Positions 9,182-19,414 of a stretch of 64,000 nt of DNA are shown in pieces. The notes beneath the pieces were generated by a model. It worked only from the letters and a program-made list of their open reading frames with translations, was not told where the DNA came from and ran no database searches. The stretch lies in contig CAZYVD010000002.1 in the NCBI GenBank assembly GCA_964651045.1, positions 7,930-71,929 on the forward strand, written 5' to 3'. The translations under genes and the position numbers were made by a program. Positions within the stretch are counted from its first letter, which is position 1. Every line of letters starts with the position of its first letter. Source of the stretch: an uncultured bacterium. GTDB lineage: Bacteria > Zhuqueibacterota > QNDG01 > DSAB01.

Positions 9182-10570
9182 ATGAAAGAAAAATCGGACA
9201 TCAAAAAAGCCATAGTATGCAGTGTTAAAGATAACCGATCCGGTCTTCAAGATGACTGGTGGACACAGATATCTCCCGACATCTGGAATTCCAAGGGATC
9301 GTATCTTCTTGATATCTCGGGCGTACAGTACCTTGACATGTGTGGTTTCTTCTCAACTGCTCCTGTTCGATACGACCATCCCCAACTGAGAAAAAAATCT
9401 TTTATCGAAAAAATCGGCCGTGCTGCTATCTACCGTCCTTCTCTGTCGGATTTCTGGACCAGAGAATTTGCAGAGTTTGTACAGACCTTCCGAAATCTTG
9501 CGACTCCTCCCTATATGCATCACTACTTCTTTATTAATGGAGGAGCCCTTGCTGTGGAGAATGCCCTTAAGGCATCCTTCGACTGGAAGGTTAGGTTGAA
9601 CATGGAAAGGGGAAAGATAAAAGAGGATCCACAGGAACAGCTCCAGCCTCTTGGAACAAAGATAATATGTTTCGAAAATTGCTTTCATGGACGGTCAGGC
9701 TATACGCTTTCTTTGACCCATACGAGTGACCCAAGAAAGTATAAATACTTCCCAAAGTTTGACTGGTACAGAATCGAACCGCCTGTTCTTACCTTCGATT
9801 CAAACGGTAATGTTTCTAACGAAAAACAGGTAGAGGAGCAGCACAGATCAGCAGTAGAAAAATTGAGAGAAATATTGGAAAAAGATGCAGACAACATTGC
9901 AGCAATCATAATAGAACCGATTCAGTGCGAAGGAGGAGACAGGCATATCCCGATCGAGTTTTTCTCAGACCTCCGCAGGCTAACAGAAGAATTCGACATA
10001 ATTTTGATTTACGATGAGGTTCAAACAGGATTTGGTGCAACAGGAAAGATGTGGGCTCACCAGTATTTCAGTAAAGATGCGATTCCTGATATCGTGGTAT
10101 TTTCCAAGAAGTCCCAGGTTGGTGGTCTTATGGCAAACAAGGATAAATTCTCAAGGGTCGAGTACAATGTATTTGGAAACCACGAAGAGTGTAAGAGCAG
10201 ATTAAACTCAACATGGGGGGGAAATCCTGTCGACATGGTACGCTCCTCAGAACTTCTTAAAATAATCGACAAAGAAAACCTCCTGGAAAACGCAAGAGGA
10301 GTTGGAAGTTACCTTCTGAAAGGAATACAGCAGCTCTGCAAACAATTTCCAGATATAATAGAAAATCCGCGTGGAAGAGGCATGATAATTGGATTTGATT
10401 TAAAAAATCCAGAAAAAAGAGGCAGCCTCTGGCAGCTTCTCTATGAAGAAAGAATGCTCTGTCTTTTATGCGGCTCTAAAACAGTCAGGCTTCGCCCCCA
10501 TCTCGATCTTACAGAAAAAGAAGCAGAAGAGGCCCTCTCGATATTAAAGAGAGCTCTTAAAAAAATGTGA
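9182..10570 (+). CDS. Class III PLP-dependent aminotransferase (L-lysine 6-transaminase-like)
   Basis: At 462 aa it matches the LAT-type class III family in length. 'NGGALAVENALKA' and 'STWGGNPV' resemble class III aminotransferase motifs. Confidence 0.65.
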   Translation: MKEKSDIKKAIVCSVKDNRSGLQDDWWTQISPDIWNSKGSYLLDISGVQYLDMCGFFSTAPVRYDHPQLRKKSFIEKIGRAAIYRPSLSDFWTREFAEFVQTFRNLATPPYMHHYFFINGGALAVENALKASFDWKVRLNMERGKIKEDPQEQLQPLGTKIICFENCFHGRSGYTLSLTHTSDPRKYKYFPKFDWYRIEPPVLTFDSNGNVSNEKQVEEQHRSAVEKLREILEKDADNIAAIIIEPIQCEGGDRHIPIEFFSDLRRLTEEFDIILIYDEVQTGFGATGKMWAHQYFSKDAIPDIVVFSKKSQVGGLMANKDKFSRVEYNVFGNHEECKSRLNSTWGGNPVDMVRSSELLKIIDKENLLENARGVGSYLLKGIQQLCKQFPDIIENPRGRGMIIGFDLKNPEKRGSLWQLLYEERMLCLLCGSKTVRLRPHLDLTEKEAEEALSILKRALKKM

Positions 10571-10579
10571 GGATTTATA

Positions 10580-11293
10580 TTGACTACCTGTTCTGAAAAA
10601 GGTACGCTCTATCTTGTCAGTACACCAATAGGCAATCTCAAAGACATCAGTCCAAGAGCAGTAGAGACACTTGACAGAGTCGATCTCATAGCGGCCGAAG
10701 ACACGCGCCATACAGGTCTTCTGCTTAAGCACCTTGGAATTAAAAAGTGCCTAGAAAGTTATCACGATCACAACAAAACTAAAAAGTCGCCAGGGATACT
10801 GAAACACCTCATGTGTGGAGAGTCGGTTGCTGTTGTGACAGACGCTGGCACTCCAGGCATCTCAGATCCTGCCTACTATCTAGTAAAGAAGGCAATTGAA
10901 ACTTCTATCAGAATAGTCCCAATACCAGGACCCAATGCAGCTATCACTGCCCTCGTTGCTTCAGGTCTTCCTACAGATAGATTCGTGTTCGAGGGATTTC
11001 TTCCAGTAAAAAAGGGAAGAAAAAAAAGGCTCCTGTCTCTTTCCAATGAACAACGTACAATAATACTGTATGAAGCTCCTCATCGTCTTCTCAGGACACT
11101 GTCAGATCTGCTAAATTATCTTGGCGACCGAAAGATAGCCGTATGCAGGGAGCTGACAAAAAAGTTCGAACAGATACACAGAGGATCAATATCGGAGATC
11201 ATTGAAGAGTTCTCAAACAAAAAGATTCGAGGAGAAATAGTACTAATCGTGCAGGGCACTGTTAAAAACAAAAGGAAGAGTAATGATTCCTGA
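10580..11293 (+). CDS. rsmI: 16S rRNA (cytidine1402-2'-O)-methyltransferase RsmI
   Basis: 'LYLVSTPIGNLKDISPRAVETLDRVDLIAAEDTRHTGLLLKHLGI' is the tetrapyrrole-methylase-fold RsmI signature. Confidence 0.9.
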   Translation: MTTCSEKGTLYLVSTPIGNLKDISPRAVETLDRVDLIAAEDTRHTGLLLKHLGIKKCLESYHDHNKTKKSPGILKHLMCGESVAVVTDAGTPGISDPAYYLVKKAIETSIRIVPIPGPNAAITALVASGLPTDRFVFEGFLPVKKGRKKRLLSLSNEQRTIILYEAPHRLLRTLSDLLNYLGDRKIAVCRELTKKFEQIHRGSISEIIEEFSNKKIRGEIVLIVQGTVKNKRKSNDS

Positions 11294-11873
11294 GAGAATA
11301 AAACAATCTTACCTGTCACTGCTAGATCCAATCGTATCGCTCTCCATAAAATTAAAGGTACATCCAAACACCTTCACCACTCTCTGTTTGCTTGCAGGTA
11401 TCTATTCCTTTTTTCTGTTTTCTGTAGGCTCAATCCGTCTCGGCTCTCTGATGATTATACTCTCAGGAATCTTTGATAACATAGATGGAAAGCTTGCAAG
11501 AAAGAGTGGAAAGGTAACAAAATTCGGGGCCCTCTACGATTCTACAATGGACAGATACTCTGAAACATTTATATTCTTTGGCATTGCCTACTTTTTTATA
11601 AAAAATCACCTGTACCTGACATCTATAGCGGTCGCAGTATCTCTCGGCGGATCGTTAATGATTAGCTACGTGCGGGCAAGAGCAGAAAGTCTTGGCTTTG
11701 ACTGCAATATCGGTCTCCTCCAGCGAGCAGAACGAATCGTTCTTCTTGGGATATTAGGTTTCATCCATCTTTATGGTCTAATCGCAGCAATTTGGATAAT
11801 TGCAGTACTTTCGCATATAACCGTAATTCAACGAATTATTTATGTATGGAAAAAAGATAGAAAAAATCAATAG
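11283..11873 (+). CDS. CDP-alcohol phosphatidyltransferase family protein
   Basis: The motif 'DNIDGKLARKSGKVTKFGALYDSTMD' equals D-x2-DG-x2-AR...G-x3-D-x3-D. The protein has multiple TM helices. Confidence 0.75.
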   Translation: MIPERIKQSYLSLLDPIVSLSIKLKVHPNTFTTLCLLAGIYSFFLFSVGSIRLGSLMIILSGIFDNIDGKLARKSGKVTKFGALYDSTMDRYSETFIFFGIAYFFIKNHLYLTSIAVAVSLGGSLMISYVRARAESLGFDCNIGLLQRAERIVLLGILGFIHLYGLIAAIWIIAVLSHITVIQRIIYVWKKDRKNQ

Positions 11874-11885
11874 AAGGAGATTGCA

Positions 11886-12245
11886 ATGCTACGGCACATA
11901 TTAAGAGCAAAAATTCACAGAGCAATCGTCACTGGTGCCGATCTCAACTACGAGGGTAGCATAACTATAGATGAGACCCTCATGAATGCTGCAGGAATTC
12001 TTCCTCATGAAAAGGTTCATGTGCTTAATATTGCTAATGGAAAACGGGCCTGGACCTATGTAATAAAGGGTAAAAAGGACAGCGGCGAAATAATAATGAA
12101 TGGCGCAATTGCACGACTTGTCCAGGTGGGAGATCCTATCATAATACTCTCATATGGATTGCTTGAGGAGGAGCAGGCCCGAAGGATCAATCCCATAGTT
12201 GTTCTTGTTGACGAAAACAATAAAATAATAAAAATTAAAAAATAA
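11886..12245 (+). CDS. panD: Aspartate 1-decarboxylase
   Basis: It aligns to PanD, with '[24 protein letters not shown]' and '[10 protein letters not shown]'. Confidence 0.9.
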   Translation: MLRHILRAKIHRAIVTGADLNYEGSITIDETLMNAAGILPHEKVHVLNIANGKRAWTYVIKGKKDSGEIIMNGAIARLVQVGDPIIILSYGLLEEEQARRINPIVVLVDENNKIIKIKK

Positions 12246-12274
12246 TAAGAGCAAACAACTAATCTGGAGCACCA

Positions 12275-13639
12275 ATGGCCAGTAAAAGATCACACGGTAT
12301 TTCATTTCTGAAAACCTCTCTTCCTGCGGCTATAGACCTGGCCTCTCAACCTGTAATGTGGTTAGTAGAGGCAGTGTTTATCGGTAGGCTCAGCGCGGCT
12401 GCATTAGGAGGAGTTGGCTTTGCACTTCAGATTATACTGGTTACCTGCACGCTTCTTCTTACCCTGGTAATGGGCTCTATAATTTTAATAAACAGGCATC
12501 TTGGATCCAACAACAGATGGGAGGCCAATCACATATTAGGTCAGACAATAATGGCAGGCTTCCTTCTATCTATTCCTATAGGTCTGATCTGGTACTTTGG
12601 ATCCCCTCTAATCTTTCAAATAATAAATGAACGTTCCGCTCAGTCAATATCCATCTCTGGTATAAGGTCGGGCATACAGTATCTCCAGATAGTAGCCATT
12701 TTTACACCAGTAATAATAACAAACTTTGTTGCTGTGGGGTTGATAAGGGGATCGGGCGATACACATCTCTCGATGATAATAAATATCTCAATGAACATTA
12801 CAAACATAATACTCACACCAATACTGATCTATGGTCTTTTTGGGTTCCCTCGCATGGAGGTCAAAGGAGCTGCGATTGCAGTAGCCATATCGCATACATT
12901 AGGATTCTCCATGACCCTCTTCTATTTGAGAAGAAAAACCTCCACAATCTTTCTCTCGTTTAGCGAACTCACAACCCCCAAACTAAGCTCTTTTAAGAGT
13001 CTTTTCAAGATGGGTCTGCCCACAACGGTCGAGCAGCTCGTATGGTCATTCGGCCAACTAATAGTAACCATGTATGTGGCCCTCATAGGTATCTCTCAGC
13101 TTGCAGTACATCAGGTCTTCTTAAGAATCCAGGGAGTTCTATCCATGTTCTATCTTGGTTTTGGAATGGCAGCAATGACCTATATGGGGAAAAACTTAGG
13201 TGCAAACGACCACATCATTGCAGAGCGGACCAGCAAGATTACACACAGGGTTGTATTCATCTTTGGAATAATAATCCTTGTACTGATAATCGTATTTTCC
13301 GGCACGCTTCTCCATCTCTTTTTTAGAAAAGAAGATGTAATAATATATGATAAGAGTTACAGAATACTTTTTACAGTGTTCGCATTTGTGCAGTTTCCAA
13401 AGGCCATGAATACTGTCATTTCAGGAAACCTTAGAGGAGCAGGAGACATAAAATGGATCATGTGGATGACAATCATCGGAGTGTTTCTATTTGAGATTCT
13501 CTCAAACTGGATAGGTGTTTTCTTTTTCCATTTTGGTTTGGCCGGAATCTGGTCTGTGCAACTTGCAGATGAAATCTTTAAAAGCAACATGAACCACTGG
13601 CGATTTCGCGGCGGCAAATGGAAGCTGATAAAACTATGA
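12275..13639 (+). CDS. MATE family efflux transporter
   Basis: It has 12 TM helices in two repeat halves and a MATE-like N-terminus ('AAIDLASQPVMWLVEAVFIG'). Confidence 0.7.
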   Translation: MASKRSHGISFLKTSLPAAIDLASQPVMWLVEAVFIGRLSAAALGGVGFALQIILVTCTLLLTLVMGSIILINRHLGSNNRWEANHILGQTIMAGFLLSIPIGLIWYFGSPLIFQIINERSAQSISISGIRSGIQYLQIVAIFTPVIITNFVAVGLIRGSGDTHLSMIINISMNITNIILTPILIYGLFGFPRMEVKGAAIAVAISHTLGFSMTLFYLRRKTSTIFLSFSELTTPKLSSFKSLFKMGLPTTVEQLVWSFGQLIVTMYVALIGISQLAVHQVFLRIQGVLSMFYLGFGMAAMTYMGKNLGANDHIIAERTSKITHRVVFIFGIIILVLIIVFSGTLLHLFFRKEDVIIYDKSYRILFTVFAFVQFPKAMNTVISGNLRGAGDIKWIMWMTIIGVFLFEILSNWIGVFFFHFGLAGIWSVQLADEIFKSNMNHWRFRGGKWKLIKL

Positions 13640-14289
13640 ACAGTTTTGAAAAAAAAAGAGGCCTTTTGATTTCCTTTGAAGGAATCGATGGTTCTGGAAA
13701 ATCGCTCCAGGCAAGGGCCCTGAAAAAAAATTTACAGAATATGAATTATCCTGTTGTTCTTGTTAGGGATCCTGGAGGTCCTCCTGTTTCAGAGAAGATA
13801 AGAAAGGTTCTCTTAGATAAAAAAAACCGAACCATTACACCTATGACCGAGCTTCTTCTCTACTGTGCAGCAAGGTCTCAGCTCGTAACCGAATATATAG
13901 CCCCTGCTCTCAAGGAGGGCAAAATTGTGATAACAGACAGGTTCATAGATTCTACAATTTCTTATCAGGGATATGGTCGATCCATTCCGATTTCATACAT
14001 AGTGGAAACAAACAGGCTCGTATGTGGCAACATCCTTCCAGACAGGACCTATGTTCTCGATATTTCCTGGGATGAGTCGATCCGAAGAATGGGAAAGATT
14101 ACTATAAAAAAAGATCGCATGGAAAATCAGATGAAACACTTTTTTGATAAAGTTCGTAAAGGATATCTTACAATCGCAAAACAGGAGCCAGAACGAATAT
14201 TACTATTAAATGGAGAAAAATCTATCAATGAACTTGAAAAAGAAATTTTTAAAGATGCCTTAATGTTTATAAAGAAGTTTAACATTTAA
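13618..14289 (+). CDS. tmk: Thymidylate (dTMP) kinase
   Basis: It carries the P-loop 'FEGIDGSGKS' and 'DRFIDSTISYQGYGR'. The true start is probably the internal Met at 13636. Confidence 0.9.
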   Translation: MEADKTMNSFEKKRGLLISFEGIDGSGKSLQARALKKNLQNMNYPVVLVRDPGGPPVSEKIRKVLLDKKNRTITPMTELLLYCAARSQLVTEYIAPALKEGKIVITDRFIDSTISYQGYGRSIPISYIVETNRLVCGNILPDRTYVLDISWDESIRRMGKITIKKDRMENQMKHFFDKVRKGYLTIAKQEPERILLLNGEKSINELEKEIFKDALMFIKKFNI

Positions 14290-14303
14290 CAGGAGATCCT
14301 ATC

Positions 14304-15962
14304 ATGATAAAATTAAGAAAACATCTACCTCTAATTCTAATCTCTCTTCTCTTACTGACCGGCTCGATTCTTTGGACAAACGCTGTTAGCAGAGAAAACA
14401 TCTATACAAAAATATCCAAGAACCTCAGGCTCATAGGCGAAATATTTAAAACAGTCTCAAGTAACTATGTCGATGAGGTAGATTCTGAAGAATTCCTCAG
14501 GGCAGGCATTAACGGCATGCTCAATACATTAGATCCATATACAAATCTAATTGAAAAAGAAGAGGGTAAACACAGGCTACAGGTAATTACAAATGGCAAC
14601 TATGGTGGTGTTGGAATCCTGCTTACCTTCAGGAATAACTTAATTACTGTAGAAGAACCCCCATTTCCCGGCACTCCTGCTGCAAGGGCTGGCATAAGAG
14701 AGGGCGATATAATAGTCAAAGTTGATGGTGTTCCAACTGAGGAGCTTGGCTTTGACACAACTGCACAGAGGATTCGCGGTCCTGTGGGAACAGAAGTCAC
14801 ACTTACAATACGCAGAGAGGGAGAACCAAAGCTTCTTGAGTTTACTCTGATTAGAGCACAGATAAAGGTCGAAGACGTCAGATACTCAGGAACGATAGAT
14901 GAGAAAATCGGATATATTCAGCTATCCGGTTTCTCGAAAAATGCCCATATCGACCTTGCAAGGGAAATTCAAAATCTGAAGAGAAGAGAAGTCAGGGGGT
15001 TGATACTGGATTTAAGGTCAAACCCAGGAGGACTTCTCGATGCAGCCGTCAGGGTTTCTGATCTCTTTCTCCCAAAGAACAGAATAATAGTTTCAACAAA
15101 GGGAAGATCAAAGAGATCTAACCATGTATTTAAATCAATAAACGATCCCATATATGGAGACGGACCGCTGATCGTTCTGGTAAACAACCTCAGCGCTTCT
15201 GCATCAGAGATCGTTGCTGGCGCTATTCAGGACAATGACAGAGGAATAGTCATTGGCGACACCACTTTTGGAAAGGGTCTTGTGCAGACAGTCGTACCTC
15301 TCTCCCCATCAACATTCTTAAAGATTACTACTGCAAAGTATTTTACTCCGAGTGGAAGATGCATACAGTCTCGTACATACTCAAGATGGGAAGATAAATC
15401 AAAAAGAGAGAAGGATAATAGACTCTTCCATACGCTTTCCGGCAGGCCTGTAATAGGGGGGGATGGCATCGTTCCAGACATAGTAATAACCCCTCCCTTT
15501 GTCAGCAACATCTTGATCGATCTGACCAGAAAGTCGATGTTTTTCAATTTCGCAGTCCATTACGCAGCCTCTTCTAAAACACCTCCAGACTCCAGCCTGA
15601 AGATAACCGATGAAATATTAAACAGTTTCTATCAGTATCTAAAATCAAGATCATATGAATATCACCATCCAATAGAACAGAGCCTCTCTGTTCTTGAAAG
15701 AGAGATTGAGAAAGAGGGGTGTGAGAAGAATCTAATCAATGAAATCGAAAGACTGAAAAAATCTATAAACAGTATTGAAAAACAGATCATGGTTAAAAAC
15801 TCCGATATGATTAAAAGAATATTAAGACGAGAACTTGCTTCCAAATACTTTGGAACAAATCGCGGGATAGAGGTCTCTCTTGAAGAAGATCCAGTAGTGA
15901 GGGAAGCGGTAAGACTGATCAAGGATAAGAAAAGTTATAATGAAATTTTGAACGTAAGATGA
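14304..15962 (+). CDS. ctpA: Carboxyl-terminal processing protease (S41 family, PDZ-containing)
   Basis: It has a signal/TM segment, a PDZ region ('GDIIVKVDG') and the S41 catalytic motif 'GLILDLRSNPGG...SASASEI'. Confidence 0.85.
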   Translation: MIKLRKHLPLILISLLLLTGSILWTNAVSRENIYTKISKNLRLIGEIFKTVSSNYVDEVDSEEFLRAGINGMLNTLDPYTNLIEKEEGKHRLQVITNGNYGGVGILLTFRNNLITVEEPPFPGTPAARAGIREGDIIVKVDGVPTEELGFDTTAQRIRGPVGTEVTLTIRREGEPKLLEFTLIRAQIKVEDVRYSGTIDEKIGYIQLSGFSKNAHIDLAREIQNLKRREVRGLILDLRSNPGGLLDAAVRVSDLFLPKNRIIVSTKGRSKRSNHVFKSINDPIYGDGPLIVLVNNLSASASEIVAGAIQDNDRGIVIGDTTFGKGLVQTVVPLSPSTFLKITTAKYFTPSGRCIQSRTYSRWEDKSKREKDNRLFHTLSGRPVIGGDGIVPDIVITPPFVSNILIDLTRKSMFFNFAVHYAASSKTPPDSSLKITDEILNSFYQYLKSRSYEYHHPIEQSLSVLEREIEKEGCEKNLINEIERLKKSINSIEKQIMVKNSDMIKRILRRELASKYFGTNRGIEVSLEEDPVVREAVRLIKDKKSYNEILNVR

Positions 15963-16036
15963 TAACATCATTTGCTATTTACTTTTTAATTGAGTATATT
16001 TACAAGATTTTTACAAAAGCACAGGAGGTATAGTTT

Positions 16037-18745
16037 ATGGCAAAGAAATTCGTCTATTTTTTCGGCGGAGGACATGCTGACGGTAAAGCTGAAATGAAGG
16101 ACCTTCTTGGTGGAAAGGGTGCCAATCTTGCAGAAATGTCCCGACTGGGCATCCCCGTACCCCCGGGATTTACAATTACCACAGAAGTGTGCACCTATTT
16201 CATGAAATCGGGCGGCAAGTATCCCTCTGTATTGGAGAAAGAGGTCGATAAGGCTATCAATAAAGTAGAGAAATTAATGAATCAGCGCTATGGTGATCCC
16301 GACAATCCTCTTCTCTTTTCTGTTCGTTCCGGTGCACGCATTTCTATGCCAGGAATGATGGAAACGGTTTTAAATATCGGGCTCACGGAAAATACCATTC
16401 CTGGACTTATTTCAAAAAGCGGTAATGAAAGATTTGTATATGACGCCTATAGACGCCTCATAATGATGTATTCAGATGTAGTCATGGAAAAGGCCGCTGG
16501 CTTTACTCCCAGGGAAGGAGAGGGGATCAGGGAACAGCTTGAAAAAGAGATGCAGAAGATGAAGGATTCCAAGGGTGTAAAAAACGATCTGGATCTTGAT
16601 GTAGACGATCTAAAAAGACTCGTCAAGATATTCAAGAAAAAGGTAAAACAGCTCTTGAAAAAAGATTTTCCCGACGATCCTCATGAGCAGCTCTGGGGTG
16701 CAATCTCTGCCGTATTTCAATCATGGAACGGGAAAAGAGCCATATCCTATAGAAGAATAGAAAACATTCCTGATGAATGGGGCACTGCTGTTAATATTCA
16801 GACAATGGTCTTTGGAAACATGGGCGAAAACTCAGCCACAGGTGTTGCATTCACCAGAGATCCATCAACAGGTGAGAAGAAATTTTATGGTGAATTTCTC
16901 GTTAATGCCCAGGGAGAAGATGTTGTTGCCGGAATCAGAACCCCTCAGGCAATCAATGAGGAATCAAAATCTGAATCATCGAAACACCTCCCGTCTCTTG
17001 AAGAGTTAATGCCAGAATGCTATGCTCAGCTTGAGAAGATAAGGACAAAACTCGAGAAGCACTACAGGGATATGCAGGACCTCGAGTTTACAATTCAAGA
17101 TGGAAGGCTATTCATGCTCCAGACAAGAACTGGTAAAAGAAATGGTGTTGCAGCCATTCGTATTGCAGTAGAAATGTGCAAAGAGGGTCTAATCAACGAA
17201 AAAGAGGCCATAATGAGAGTCAGGCCCGACCAGATCGATGAGCTGCTCCATCCAATGCTAGATCCAAAATCTGAGAAAAAAACAAAACCAATAGCCAAGG
17301 GGCTGCCTGCAGGTCCTGGAGGTGGAGTAGGAAGAATAGTCTTTACTGCAGATGATGCTGAATCATGGGCTAAGAAGGGAGAAAGCGTTATCCTTGTAAG
17401 GGATGAGACGAGTCCTGAAGATGTACACGGTATGCGAGCTGCTGCTGCGATACTTACTGCAAAGGGCGGTATGACCAGTCATGCTGCTCTAGTGGCACGC
17501 GGCTGGGGAAAATGCTGTATAGTAGGATGTGGAGCATTAAATATCGACTCATCTAAAAAGGTGCTTTCTGTAAATGGTAAAACCTTAAGGGAGGGAGACT
17601 GGATATCACTCAACGGAACCATTGGTGTTGTATATGAAGGAAAGATTGATCTTCTTCCTGCAGACCCTGAGAAAAATGTCTATTATAAGACCCTAATGTC
17701 ATGGGCAGATAAAATTAGAAAGCTCGGCGTACGAACAAATGCGGATAATCCTGCAGATTCTAAGCTTGCCAGAACATTTGGCGCAGAGGGTATCGGGCTG
17801 TGCAGAACCGAACATATGTTCTTCGGCCCAGAGAGAATCAACGCTATGAGAGAGATGATTCTTGCGGATGATGAAAAGGGCAGAAGAAAGGCTCTGAAAA
17901 AACTCCTGCCGTTTCAGAAAAAGGATTTCATAGGTATATTCAAGGCCATGGATGGCCTGCCTGTTACAATTCGCACGCTCGATCCACCTCTCCATGAATT
18001 TTTACCTAATGATCCTGCTACCCAGAAGGAAATGGCAGATCAGATTGGAGTTGATGTCAAGAAAATAAAGGAAAAGGTTCAAACTCTTCACGAACTGAAT
18101 CCCATGCTTGGTCACAGAGGCTGCCGACTCGGCATCACATATCCAGAAATCACAGAGATGCAGGCTCAGGCCATAATCGAAGCCGCATGCACAGTTGCCA
18201 AGAAAGGAGTTAAGGTATTTCCCGAAATCATGATACCTCTCGTTGGTACCGTAGAAGAGCTTGAAAACCAGAAAAGAGTGGTTAATGATATTGCTGAAAA
18301 GACGATGGATAAGATGGGTATCAGGGTAAAATATCTTGTAGGAACAATGATTGAAATCCCCAGAGCAGCATTGACCGCAGATCATGTTGCAAGAGAGGCA
18401 GAATTTTTCTCCTTTGGTACAAATGATCTTACACAGATGACATTTGGCTACAGCCGCGACGATGCAGGTAAATTTCTTCCTGAATATATAGAAAAGAGAA
18501 TTCTGCCTGCCGATCCATTTCAAACCCTTGATCAGACTGGTGTGGGTCAGCTCGTAGAAATGGGAGTTAAAAAAGGAAGATCTACCAGGCCCGATTTAAA
18601 GGTTGGTATCTGTGGTGAACATGGAGGTGATCCTCAGTCTATCGATTTCTGTCACAGGGTTGGAATGAACTATGTAAGTTGTTCTCCCTTTAGAGTGCCA
18701 ATCGCCAGGCTCGCTGCTGCTCAGGCGGCTATAAGAAACAAGTAA
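16037..18745 (+). CDS. ppdK: Pyruvate, phosphate dikinase
   Basis: The N-terminus 'GGKGANLAEMSRLGIPVPPGFTITTE' matches PPDK. The phospho-His region 'GGMTSHAALVARGWGKCCIVG' and the 'GICGE' PEP-utilising motif are present. Length is 902 aa. Confidence 0.95.
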   Translation: MAKKFVYFFGGGHADGKAEMKDLLGGKGANLAEMSRLGIPVPPGFTITTEVCTYFMKSGGKYPSVLEKEVDKAINKVEKLMNQRYGDPDNPLLFSVRSGARISMPGMMETVLNIGLTENTIPGLISKSGNERFVYDAYRRLIMMYSDVVMEKAAGFTPREGEGIREQLEKEMQKMKDSKGVKNDLDLDVDDLKRLVKIFKKKVKQLLKKDFPDDPHEQLWGAISAVFQSWNGKRAISYRRIENIPDEWGTAVNIQTMVFGNMGENSATGVAFTRDPSTGEKKFYGEFLVNAQGEDVVAGIRTPQAINEESKSESSKHLPSLEELMPECYAQLEKIRTKLEKHYRDMQDLEFTIQDGRLFMLQTRTGKRNGVAAIRIAVEMCKEGLINEKEAIMRVRPDQIDELLHPMLDPKSEKKTKPIAKGLPAGPGGGVGRIVFTADDAESWAKKGESVILVRDETSPEDVHGMRAAAAILTAKGGMTSHAALVARGWGKCCIVGCGALNIDSSKKVLSVNGKTLREGDWISLNGTIGVVYEGKIDLLPADPEKNVYYKTLMSWADKIRKLGVRTNADNPADSKLARTFGAEGIGLCRTEHMFFGPERINAMREMILADDEKGRRKALKKLLPFQKKDFIGIFKAMDGLPVTIRTLDPPLHEFLPNDPATQKEMADQIGVDVKKIKEKVQTLHELNPMLGHRGCRLGITYPEITEMQAQAIIEAACTVAKKGVKVFPEIMIPLVGTVEELENQKRVVNDIAEKTMDKMGIRVKYLVGTMIEIPRAALTADHVAREAEFFSFGTNDLTQMTFGYSRDDAGKFLPEYIEKRILPADPFQTLDQTGVGQLVEMGVKKGRSTRPDLKVGICGEHGGDPQSIDFCHRVGMNYVSCSPFRVPIARLAAAQAAIRNK

Positions 18746-18774
18746 AAGAAGATTAAGATTATAAATTTTACAAT

Positions 18775-18800
18775 ACAGGGGCAGTAGCACCTGCCCCTGT
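18775..18800 (+). terminator. GC-rich hairpin (ACAGGGGCAG-tagcac-CTGCCCCTGT) 30 nt after the ppdK stop. It is a probable terminator without a strong U-tract
   Basis: A perfect 10-bp inverted repeat is seen directly in the sequence. Confidence 0.4.
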
Positions 18801-19414
18801 ATATCTCCTTATTAAAAATAATCTTATCTATAAAAATCAATCCGAATAAAATAAACATTAAATTTACACCTATTTAATGTTTAAAATCCGATCTGCATCT
18901 ATCAAAAAAGTAAATGGAATCACTATTATTGAAAATCTGAACAAAAAGCCATTGGATTTAAAATTTAAACTTGTTAAGAAAAATCATATCGGAAAACCTA
19001 TATGGACCAGATGAATATGTTTCTGGTTATATAGTCGATATTGCTATTAATAATGATTTTAATAATATTTATACTATCATAATAACCGGCTGACTTGTTG
19101 CTAATCCAGCTATACAGAGCATTAACTTTCGTTACTGGTTCTCAAATAGATTTAATGACTAACTCTAAAACTTTCTCCTTGACATTCATGTCAATTTTGA
19201 TAAATTGTCATCGCAATAAGAGGGAACATGTTGATGTGGATAAGTGGTGGATTATTTTGGTTAATCGCCTTTTTTCCCTCTTTATGATTGAAACTTATAG
19301 AGATATATATTTATTATTATTTATTTATTTTCCTTCGTAACATATTGTAAAATAATTATATTACATATTATTTAAATTGAACAGCTGGTCTTTTTTAAAC
19401 AATAGGGGTCTTTA
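18801..19414. other. Putative oriC upstream segment, an AT-rich intergenic region with DnaA boxes and a DNA-unwinding element
   Basis: A perfect DnaA box TGTGGATAA lies at 19235-19243, with a 2-mismatch box at 19245-19253. An extremely AT-rich stretch at 19290-19380 is a candidate DUE. A sigma70-like -35 TTGACA at 19180-19185 sits inside a TGACAT-tc-ATGTCA inverted repeat. Confidence 0.6.

Noticed and set aside
18002-18523. 173-aa minus-strand ORF inside ppdK, along with other antisense ORFs (2598..3350, 23354..23764, 50372..50914, 25567..25932, 36478..36790, 38185..38616, etc.)
   Set aside because: They are fully embedded antisense in strongly supported conserved genes. Their composition is low-complexity and typical of shadow ORFs.
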